Shown in pieces: positions 27,974 to 35,939 of a stretch of DNA of 64,000 nucleotides (its first letter is position 1; each line of letters begins with the position of its first letter). Made by a program: the position numbers and the translations under genes. The notes under the pieces were generated by a model that did no database searches, was not told where the DNA came from, and saw only the letters and a list, made by a program, of their open reading frames with translations. Source of the stretch: Bacteriovoracia bacterium (GTDB lineage Bacteria > Bdellovibrionota > UBA1018 > CAIPTA01); assembly GCA_050246755.1 (NCBI GenBank), contig JBFWVL010000004.1, forward strand, positions 64,001 to 128,000, written 5' to 3'.

Positions 27974-27989
27974 CGCAGAAAACGGGCCA
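27974..27989 (-). promoter_or_regulatory. sigma-54 promoter
   Basis: Minus strand TGGCCCGTTTTCTGCG. Confidence 0.6.
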
Positions 27990-28126
27990 AGTTGCGGCGC
28001 CGCCAGCTGGCTGATAATGCATCTCCGCCGGGATGGCGCCGAGCGCGTGGGATACTTCGTCTCAATTTTGGAAATTTTCGTCCCGTGGTCCAGCTAGGAT
28101 TTTTGGATTTAGGGGAAGGACGAGAA

Positions 28127-28142
28127 TGGCACGCCCATTGCT
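28127..28142 (+). promoter_or_regulatory. sigma-54 promoter
   Basis: TGGCACGCCCATTGCT, consensus. Confidence 0.75.
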
Positions 28143-28193
28143 CCTGCTTACCATATAAACCAGAAGCCGAATCTCCGTGTCCCGGGAGTTATT

Positions 28194-29018
28194 ATGAAAA
28201 TGAGTAAGCTGCTACCAAGCTCTCCAGTCTGCTCGGTGCGGGCGGATTTGCCGATCGGCCAGTGCATTGCTTTGCTCAGAGATAAAGCCCTGGGCGCCCT
28301 TATAGTAGTTAGCGACAATTCCCGGGAAGAGATCGTGGGAATTTTCACGGAACGAGACCTGGTTAAAAATATTGAATTGATTCGCCGAGGCGCGTTTTGG
28401 GACACTCCGGTAAGAACCGTGATGACCGCAGCCGTTCATACTATTTCCCTGGATGACCTCCATCGGGCTCCGGAAATCATGGCTAAGCATCATATTCGTC
28501 ATCTTCCCGTGACTACGGTGGAGAAGGGGAAAACGAGGATCGTAGGCATCCTCTCCATGCGGGACCTTTTCCGGATTGTGATGGAGGAGCTGAAATACGA
28601 TCTACGGAAACTTTTTCTTCCAGGAGCACCGGCCCAGAAGAAAAAAAGTATTGTGGGTGTATTTTCCTCTGATCCGGCCGTCATTAAAGTAGTAGATGCG
28701 GCTTCAAAAACAACCTCTCGCTGCCTCGCAAGGGCGGCGCAATTCAAGGGCGGAGCGGCCGGATTGCAGAGTTACTTTGATTCTTTTCGCGCCCTACTAA
28801 TCGACCTCGATGGAATGAGCTCAGCGGATCTGACGGAATTGCTTTCGGACTGCAGGAGCTATACTGCCAGCCAGATTTTTTTAGTTTTCAACCCCGCCAC
28901 CTCGAGCAAATTACTTCGGGAGCGCTTGCACAAGCTTAGCGTGGGCGGGCATGTGAGTCTCATTGCTAAGCCGATTGCCCTTGGCCTTTTATACGAAAAA
29001 TTTTTGAAAAAGCTTTGA
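28194..29018 (+). CDS. CBS pair protein with C-terminal receiver-like domain
   Basis: VGIFTERD, IRHLPV, VGILSMRDL; C-terminal ALLIDLD...LIAKPI. Confidence 0.75.
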   Translation: MKMSKLLPSSPVCSVRADLPIGQCIALLRDKALGALIVVSDNSREEIVGIFTERDLVKNIELIRRGAFWDTPVRTVMTAAVHTISLDDLHRAPEIMAKHHIRHLPVTTVEKGKTRIVGILSMRDLFRIVMEELKYDLRKLFLPGAPAQKKKSIVGVFSSDPAVIKVVDAASKTTSRCLARAAQFKGGAAGLQSYFDSFRALLIDLDGMSSADLTELLSDCRSYTASQIFLVFNPATSSKLLRERLHKLSVGGHVSLIAKPIALGLLYEKFLKKL

Positions 29019-29078
29019 GTGAGCTTCGAGACGAAATGGCTCAGCTGGCCTGGAAACTGAATAGTCGAGGATAAATAT

Positions 29079-29525
29079 ATGCAGCCGCATCACGGAATCA
29101 AAATAGGGATGAGCGAGTTCGGCCATTGGCTTAAGCGTCTTTTTTCCCAGCCTCTTTTTCTTTTCGTAACCATTTGGGGGCATCTCGCAATCTTCATCGG
29201 CGCAGCAATGTTTCGCCATTTCGAAAATGGACTCCATCCCAATAGCATCTCCTTATTCGATGCGTACTACTGGGCTATTTCTACGGCCACTACCGTCGGA
29301 ACGGCGAATATGGCGCCGGTTTCATTGGGCGGAAAGATAGTGGCGATTGGGGTGATGATCACGGGCTCACTATTTCTTTGGTCTTATACGGCGCTATTCG
29401 CCGCTAGCGTCGTCTTGCCTTCTTTTAGGGAGATAGAGCGCGACATTCGTCTCGACACGGCCACCATACAAAAACTTCTGAAAGAGCTCGAAAAGATGAA
29501 TGCTTCCAGCGGACCACGGAAGTGA
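29079..29525 (+). CDS. 2-TM potassium-channel family protein with atypical filter
   Basis: TM, pore helix (FDAYYWAISTATTVG), TM; the filter reads TVGTAN rather than TVGYGD. Confidence 0.8.
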   Translation: MQPHHGIKIGMSEFGHWLKRLFSQPLFLFVTIWGHLAIFIGAAMFRHFENGLHPNSISLFDAYYWAISTATTVGTANMAPVSLGGKIVAIGVMITGSLFLWSYTALFAASVVLPSFREIERDIRLDTATIQKLLKELEKMNASSGPRK

Positions 29526-30145
29526 ACGCTTTTAATCCTATGAAGCAGAAAATTGGCCACAAAGTTGTGCTTACGGGCGGACCATGCGCGGGTAAAACCA
29601 CGATGGTGCGCTTGATCGAGCAGGCCTACCCCGCCAGTGTGGTCGGGATACCTGAAGCGGCCTCCCTACTTTTTGGTGGAGGGTTCCCCCGTTTTCCGGC
29701 AGTTGAGGCCAAGCGAGCCATGCAGCGGGCGATTTTTTTTGTGCAGCACGAACTCGAGGCCGCCTACGCTGCGGAGCATCCGGAACGGACGCTGCTTCTG
29801 GATCGCGGTACGATTGATGGAGCTGCTTATTGGCCGGAGGGGCCGGAAGATTTCTTCCATGTGCTAGGAACCTCTTTTGAAGAGGAGCTAGCGCGTTATG
29901 ATAAAGTAATTTATCTATCGAGCGCCGCGGAGTCTGACTATCTCTTGCATAAGGAGAGAAATCCTAATCGCCGAGAAAGCTGGGAAGAGGCCCAAAGCCT
30001 GGATTCGCGGACATTGGAGCTCTGGCGCCGGCACCCAAACTTCACCTTAATTGCGAATAACCGCTCTTTTCAGCGGAAGGTGATGGAAGTGCTCGGCGTT
30101 TTTGCAGGAAGTCTTTCTTTTGAGGATAGCGACGGGAAGAAATAG
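29522..30145 (+). CDS. AAA_28 (NadR/Ttd14-like) P-loop ATPase
   Basis: VLTGGPCAGKTT, PEAAS, LLDRGTIDG, RYDKVIYL. Confidence 0.85.
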   Translation: MNAFNPMKQKIGHKVVLTGGPCAGKTTMVRLIEQAYPASVVGIPEAASLLFGGGFPRFPAVEAKRAMQRAIFFVQHELEAAYAAEHPERTLLLDRGTIDGAAYWPEGPEDFFHVLGTSFEEELARYDKVIYLSSAAESDYLLHKERNPNRRESWEEAQSLDSRTLELWRRHPNFTLIANNRSFQRKVMEVLGVFAGSLSFEDSDGKK

Positions 30146-30229
30146 CTCATCCTTGCCTCAGCTTGTCTCACGGGAAATTCCAGGCCTTCCTAAAATACTC
30201 GAGAATGCAGTGCTCACGATAAAAGGTAG

Positions 30230-30245
30230 TGGCATGCCCGTTGCT
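30230..30245 (+). promoter_or_regulatory. sigma-54 promoter
   Basis: TGGCATGCCCGTTGCT. Confidence 0.75.
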
Positions 30246-30288
30246 CTAGGGAGTTCAAGGCCGCAAGGCCAATAACGAATACAAGGGA

Positions 30289-30687
30289 GTGGATATGAAT
30301 TTTTTTACTTTGATCCTAGCAGCTTTAAGCCTGACTTTTATGCCCGGTGCCTTCGCCAAAGAAGGAGATACCCACGAGAAAACAATCGCAATCGGCGACG
30401 TTTATATCCCTAGCGGTTTCGACTCTTCTTCCGACGCATTCGTGGTGGTCAACGGCTGGTTCCCCCACAGCTGCTATAAGCTGAAGAACGTAAAGGTAGA
30501 AAATGTTTCCGATTCTCTTCAGGAAATTACTACCAATGCCACGGTGACGGAGGGTCTTTGCTTGACGGTGATTATCCCCTTCCACAAGGAAGTGCAGCTC
30601 GGGAAACTAAGAGCCGGCACCCATACCCTTCGCTTCATGAACGGGGATGGCACTTACATGGAAAAGCAGCTCACGATCGAACGCTAG
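30289..30687 (+). CDS. Secreted Ig-like hypothetical protein ('VYIPSGFDS' family)
   Basis: Signal peptide; GFDSS, G.FP.SCY, CL.V..PF...V.LG.L..G. Confidence 0.7.
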   Translation: MDMNFFTLILAALSLTFMPGAFAKEGDTHEKTIAIGDVYIPSGFDSSSDAFVVVNGWFPHSCYKLKNVKVENVSDSLQEITTNATVTEGLCLTVIIPFHKEVQLGKLRAGTHTLRFMNGDGTYMEKQLTIER

Positions 30688-30708
30688 GTCTTGCGGTAAG
30701 TCTTTTCC

Positions 30709-30739
30709 CCTCCCCGGAGCAATTCCGGGGAGGTATTTT
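30709..30739 (+). terminator. GC-rich hairpin (terminator or stabiliser)
   Basis: CCTCCCCGGA-GCAAT-TCCGGGGAGG followed by TATTTT. Confidence 0.5.
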
Positions 30740-30755
30740 CGTTTAGGAGTTTACG

Positions 30756-32147
30756 ATGAAACGTATTGTGGCCGCGGTATTTTTTGTATTGTTGCCGGTT
30801 CAAGGCTTTGCTAAGGAAACTTTGCGCAAGTTTCGCTGGGCGGGGGGAAGCGTGCAAAAAAGCCCAAATTTTTTCCTGCCGGTTTCCGCGAAGGTCGACG
30901 TACCGATCGCGCACCGACAACTGTTGCGGGGAGTGGGAGAATTCGTCGCGAGGGGAGGGCAGATGATAGGTCTGGCGCACGTGGCGGGCTCCTGGAAGCA
31001 GACCATTCTTGGGCCAAATGGCGAGATCACTTATTCGGCCGGAATGGTAGCGGATAACGTCCCGTTAAAAATAAGCCTCAAGGGCGGCGAAGCGGCGCTG
31101 ACCGACGCGCTCGAAAAATCGCTGGCTTCCATTCCCGAAATCAAGGAAGCGTCTCGCGTTTTTCCACCCACGCTTGAGGTCAAGGAAGAAAAAGGAATTT
31201 GGACCCCTTACTGGAAGGTAGAATACCTCACGGCCTCCCAAGATCAGCTTCGCTTTTTGCATATTTCTGAAGAAGGAAAAATTCTGGCGCGGGGAGCTTT
31301 AGCATGGGATGGGGCCGATGGGCGAGCCATGGTATTACCCAAAGGCTCAGGACAGGGAGGAGCGGAAGAAAAGGTTCTCCGTGATCTGTCCGGCGACGGA
31401 ACGGTGACCGGGCGCTTGCTTCACGTAATTTCCGCTCTTGATCTTAAGGTATGGTCACCGCAACTGACATTCTTTTTTCCCGAAACGGATCGCCGCTTTG
31501 ATCTTGGGCAAGCGTACTTCACGATTGACCAAGGGTACCGGTGGCTCAAGGATCACCTTGGGGTAGAGCTCAATCACCCCATCGAGGTGCGATTGCACGT
31601 GGGAAACGGCGGGGTAAGTAACGCCGCCTTTTATCACGCCAATACGATCTATCTCGGCACCGGCGATGGCGAGACCTACAAAGAAATGATCAGGGATCCC
31701 TCGGTGCTCATTCACGAAAGCATTCACGCGGTAATCGATGCGTATGCTGGCCTTCCGTCGGAAGGAGAAGGCGGCGGCTTTAACGAAGGCTTTGCGGATC
31801 TCTTTACGGCACTAATTCTTGATAATCCGCGGATGGGGGAGGCGTCGTATTTAAAGGGGCCGTACCGCAGAACGCTTGAGAATCGCCTGATCGCGTACCG
31901 TGATTTTGCGCCCGGTGTTTATCAAAACGGCCAGATCGTGGCCGGAACTTTTTGGGATATGAAGAGCGCGCTTGGCACTGAGCTCACGGCAAAGCTCGCG
32001 TTTCGCACCCTAGTTCGTCTCGGCAAGGGCGGAAAATTTGATGATTTACCCGGTGCGCTCGCTAACGCGGCTGAAGGTTTGCTCTCGCCCGAACAAACGC
32101 AGGTTGCTTTAAGCGCTGCGCGTAGCCGGGGATGGAAGGTAAATTGA
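30756..32147 (+). CDS. Secreted M4/M36-like zinc metallopeptidase
   Basis: Signal peptide, NAAFY, HESIH, NEGFAD. Confidence 0.82.
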   Translation: MKRIVAAVFFVLLPVQGFAKETLRKFRWAGGSVQKSPNFFLPVSAKVDVPIAHRQLLRGVGEFVARGGQMIGLAHVAGSWKQTILGPNGEITYSAGMVADNVPLKISLKGGEAALTDALEKSLASIPEIKEASRVFPPTLEVKEEKGIWTPYWKVEYLTASQDQLRFLHISEEGKILARGALAWDGADGRAMVLPKGSGQGGAEEKVLRDLSGDGTVTGRLLHVISALDLKVWSPQLTFFFPETDRRFDLGQAYFTIDQGYRWLKDHLGVELNHPIEVRLHVGNGGVSNAAFYHANTIYLGTGDGETYKEMIRDPSVLIHESIHAVIDAYAGLPSEGEGGGFNEGFADLFTALILDNPRMGEASYLKGPYRRTLENRLIAYRDFAPGVYQNGQIVAGTFWDMKSALGTELTAKLAFRTLVRLGKGGKFDDLPGALANAAEGLLSPEQTQVALSAARSRGWKVN

Positions 32148-32587
32148 AGCTGTTATTCCTCCTTCTACTTCTAGCCCTCACCGGCACGGAGGGGGCCTTA
32201 GCGGAAAGCCTTCTGGTGGGGCGCTGGGCCTACTTTATGAAAATATACGATGAACAGGAGATGCCGGAGCCACCCGGCGCCACCCTGCGGCTGCGCTATG
32301 AATTTAGCGAAGCCGGCATTAGCCGCTTATATTGGTGGCACGAAGGCGAAAGTGATCTTTGTGAGCGCCGCGGACATTACCGGCTAGAATTAGGCATATT
32401 GGTTGATGAAGTAACATGGATCAACCCGGCAAATAGTTACGGTTGCAGCCGCGACCCAGATATGCAGAATGGTAAGATCACGCGAACGCCAATTTCTTTT
32501 GAAAATGGGAATATGCTGATGCGCCTGCAGTTTGGCGAAGAAGAAATTTTTTACGTTTGGAAAAAAATGAAAGAGGGGGAATTATGA
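32132..32587 (+). CDS. Secreted lipocalin-like hypothetical protein
   Basis: Signal peptide; LVGRW strand; Cys pair. Confidence 0.55.
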   Translation: MEGKLKLLFLLLLLALTGTEGALAESLLVGRWAYFMKIYDEQEMPEPPGATLRLRYEFSEAGISRLYWWHEGESDLCERRGHYRLELGILVDEVTWINPANSYGCSRDPDMQNGKITRTPISFENGNMLMRLQFGEEEIFYVWKKMKEGEL

Positions 32588-33708
32588 GATTTTTGCTGTT
32601 TATCCCGATGCTGGTTTCTATAGCGGGCTGGAGTGCCGAAAAAGATCCGAAGCCGGAAATGCACGCTTTAGCGGCCGAAATAACCGCCATGCAAAAATTC
32701 ATCTTCTCGGAAGCCGATTTCGTGGCCCCCCAAAATGACGCCACGATCAAGCAATCCATTAGTAAGTTGGACGAGCACCTCTCTCACCTTAATAAAGCAA
32801 GTTTCGAGGGCGATCCGGTCCTTCAGGTGAATCTAAGCATGCTTCAGCAACATATTAAGGATGCTAAGCGCTCTTTTAGCGAGGACCAAAAGCCGTTCGC
32901 CAGATTCATGCTTCAGAGCTCTCTGCAAATGTGTATCGCCTGCCACACCCGCCGCAAGGCTCCGGATTTTGCCTGGCCGGAAACGGACGCGAAAAATATC
33001 CCGCTCATAGACCGTGCGGACTACCTCTTTGCCACCCGGCAGTTTACTAAGGGTAAAAAGATTTATGAGGAACTGGTTGGTGGATTTCCCGAAAATAAGT
33101 CAGGAACTTGGAATTTGCAAAAAGCCCTTCTGGCGCTAGCCGTGTACTATGTTCGAGTGGTGGAAGATCCCGCCGCTGGGGCGGCTTATTTTGAAAAAGC
33201 TTCAGGCAGCGATAAAATTCCCGTTTACCTAAGGGAGGAGCTAAAGGCCTGGGGCAAGGAATTTAGTGCTTGGGCCAAAGAGAAGAACGATAAAAAAGCT
33301 GAGCAATTGACCGAGGTGCAGCTGCTGGATCGGGCTAAAAAGCTTCTTCGGCACGACGATTTCTCTCTCGTATCAGAATTAGAGAGGAGCTTTCACGTGC
33401 GGCGCTTGAGGGCGGCGTCACTTCTGCAGCGACTGCTAGAATCTCCCGGAGGATTTTCACCGATGAAGGGAGAGGCGCTGCTTTACCTAGGTAAAATCTA
33501 TTCCCGGATTTCCAGCAGTCTCTTCTTTCGTTTTGGTGAAATGTACCTCAAGGCTTGTATCCAGGAGTATCCGAAAACGACCATGTCGAAATCTTGCTAC
33601 GCTGCGCTCGAATCCGTCGTTAGCGAAGGCTACTCCGGCAGTAGCGGAACGAATATTCCCGATGATGAACAGATAGAGCTAATGCGCCTGAAGCGATTAG
33701 CTTTTTAG
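32584..33708 (+). CDS. Secreted c-type cytochrome (helical bundle) with TPR-like region
   Basis: Signal peptide; single CIACH at the end of a helical domain; GEALLYLGKIY-type repeats. Confidence 0.65.
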   Translation: MRFLLFIPMLVSIAGWSAEKDPKPEMHALAAEITAMQKFIFSEADFVAPQNDATIKQSISKLDEHLSHLNKASFEGDPVLQVNLSMLQQHIKDAKRSFSEDQKPFARFMLQSSLQMCIACHTRRKAPDFAWPETDAKNIPLIDRADYLFATRQFTKGKKIYEELVGGFPENKSGTWNLQKALLALAVYYVRVVEDPAAGAAYFEKASGSDKIPVYLREELKAWGKEFSAWAKEKNDKKAEQLTEVQLLDRAKKLLRHDDFSLVSELERSFHVRRLRAASLLQRLLESPGGFSPMKGEALLYLGKIYSRISSSLFFRFGEMYLKACIQEYPKTTMSKSCYAALESVVSEGYSGSSGTNIPDDEQIELMRLKRLAF

Positions 33709-33715
33709 GAATGAT

Positions 33716-33731
33716 TGGCCTCCGTCTTGCG
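33716..33731 (+). promoter_or_regulatory. sigma-54 promoter
   Basis: TGGCCTCCGTCTTGCG. Confidence 0.65.
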
Positions 33732-33766
33732 TAGTGATCACTAATCACACGTTAACGGAGGCCTCC

Positions 33767-35149
33767 ATGAGATATTTCATCCTATTGCTTTCGCTTTTGA
33801 GTTTTTCTGTCCCAAAAGCATTTTCCGCCGAGACCGGTATTGATGCTTACCGGGCAAAGATAAGATCTTGGGTAATTTCCCACGCCCGCCGGCCGCTTCC
33901 CACCATTGCTCCAGAGGAAGAGAACGACAACGCGGCTGATTTGGTCGACGCTTTAACTATTACCAGCCTCGCCAAAATGGAAAACGAAGGACTGCAGAAG
34001 GCTTCGCTGAACGTACGACCCTGGAGTGATTACTATTGGCCCACCTTCGCGGGCCAGATTGCCAATCGCTACGCCGATCCGAACTACAATGCGGCGCTGC
34101 TTTGGAAGGATAACTTTGATTACCTTACCCAGAATATCGGCAGAGGAAAACCGGAAGAGCTTTCGCCGGCCGAAAAGTACGACCTGCTCGTGGGAGACCA
34201 AGGTTTTTCCATGACTCGGAGAATGATCGGTGAAGGAGTAAGTGCCGCTGATGCCGACGGAAAGGTGGAGCCTTGGTTCGGCCTCTGCCATGGTTGGGCG
34301 GCTGCCTCGATGATGCTACCTAGACCCAAGAAGGCGGTTACCGTGGTAGGCGCTAGCGGAAATGAAATTACATTTCTTCCTTCCGATCTAAAGGCTTTGG
34401 CGACGCTTCTCTGGGCGAATGGTGCGGGGCGCACGCGTTTCGTGAGCGGTCGATGCAGTGAGAAAAAGCCCAAACGCGGCGAAAATTCGCGTGAATTGAA
34501 CCCCGATTGTTTCGATACGAACCCGGCCACTTGGCATCTGTCGATCGTAAACCAGATTGGCATAAATAAACGGAGCTTCGTAATGGATGCCAGCGCCGGC
34601 TATGAAGTTTGGAATCAGCCGGTGGCGGGCTATCAGTACGGCTACGAAAATCCTAATACTAATGAAAGCTCTTATACGCTAGCGAAAGCGAAGGTAAGGC
34701 TCAAAAATATGAAGAATGATCGCTACGCGAAATTCCGCGCCCGAGAAACCGAGTTCGTGGTGAACATTATAATGGCGGTAACTTATGTGTCGGAGAATAC
34801 GCCGACGAATGCGCCCACGGACAGTCCGAGCAATGATTCGGAGCGCGTAGTAATATATTCCTATGACCTTGAGCTGGATAGAGACGATAAAATCGTAGGC
34901 GGAGAATGGCATTCTTCACTGCATCCGGATTTTTTATGGGTTCCGGTATTAGGATCACGCGCCACCTCGGTGGGAGACGTGATGCTGAATCGTGCCGCAG
35001 ACCGTAGCGAATGGAACGGCAGGGAGCCAATTCCCGCTTCTTGGGCCCAGGCCGCGAGTGTTAGTGCGGCTCGCGGGCAGCCTCTTGCCAGGGTGGTGGA
35101 GGAACTGTTTCGGCAATCTCAAACTGGCCTACTTGATTGTTGTTTTTAG
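33767..35149 (+). CDS. Secreted transglutaminase-elicitor (GP42-like) family protein
   Basis: PWSDYYWP, LSPAEKYD, WFGLCHGW, NPATWH, EVWNQP, YDLELD..IVGGEW, HPDFLW; GGAGG SD. Confidence 0.82.
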   Translation: MRYFILLLSLLSFSVPKAFSAETGIDAYRAKIRSWVISHARRPLPTIAPEEENDNAADLVDALTITSLAKMENEGLQKASLNVRPWSDYYWPTFAGQIANRYADPNYNAALLWKDNFDYLTQNIGRGKPEELSPAEKYDLLVGDQGFSMTRRMIGEGVSAADADGKVEPWFGLCHGWAAASMMLPRPKKAVTVVGASGNEITFLPSDLKALATLLWANGAGRTRFVSGRCSEKKPKRGENSRELNPDCFDTNPATWHLSIVNQIGINKRSFVMDASAGYEVWNQPVAGYQYGYENPNTNESSYTLAKAKVRLKNMKNDRYAKFRARETEFVVNIIMAVTYVSENTPTNAPTDSPSNDSERVVIYSYDLELDRDDKIVGGEWHSSLHPDFLWVPVLGSRATSVGDVMLNRAADRSEWNGREPIPASWAQAASVSAARGQPLARVVEELFRQSQTGLLDCCF

Positions 35150-35518
35150 AGCCGGTCGTTTAGGAAGTTGCCGCCCTTAAACGTCACGTGCCAGGCTTTA
35201 GGGAAGAACTTTTTCACGTCCTTTGGGTAGAATCTAGCGCAAGTTTCAGTAAAACCGAAATAAGAAATGTGGCGCATAAAAACGTCGTGCGTTCCACAAC
35301 GCTGAGTTCAGCGTGAAAAAAAATTTTATCTCCCATGCGCACACCATACTATTTTTGCGGTCGAAATAGTCTTCCGAGGCGCGTCGGGGGCATTTTACCC
35401 GGTAAAAAGCTTGCCGCTAAGTTTTACGCCCGTAAAATAAATGGGAACGTCGATTTCCGGGAGTTCTACTGCGTACCGGGCAAAATGGTATGGCTTACTT
35501 CTTGAATAACGTTGCTGC

Positions 35519-35911
35519 ATGAACTGGTATTCTCCCGAATCTATTCACTTCGTGGCAAAAATGATCGAGGTATCGGGCCTCGTGGTGATTGTTCTTGGGG
35601 GGATTTACTCCGTGGGAATGTTTGCGAGGAACCTCTGCAAGAGCAGGGCAGCTTATCCCACGCTACGAAAAGATTTGGGCCGTTCCATTTTACTGGGGTT
35701 AGAATTTTTAGTGGCCGGAGATATTATTTCCACTATCGCAATCGAACCCACACTGATGAGTGTTACCGTCTTGGGTTTGATCGTAATAATCAGAACCTTT
35801 TTGAGCTTTTCCCTGGAAGTGGAGATAGATGGGCGCTGGCCTTGGCAGCCGCCACTAGCCGAACATCTCCGGCAAAATTCACGCTCGTTTTCTTCGAATT
35901 TATCCGAATGA
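35519..35911 (+). CDS. DUF1622 family membrane protein
   Basis: LGRSILLGLEFLVAGDII, IRTFLSFSLEVEIDGRWPWQ. Confidence 0.9.
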   Translation: MNWYSPESIHFVAKMIEVSGLVVIVLGGIYSVGMFARNLCKSRAAYPTLRKDLGRSILLGLEFLVAGDIISTIAIEPTLMSVTVLGLIVIIRTFLSFSLEVEIDGRWPWQPPLAEHLRQNSRSFSSNLSE

Positions 35912-35939
35912 CATTCCGGATTTTAGATTCATACGAGCG

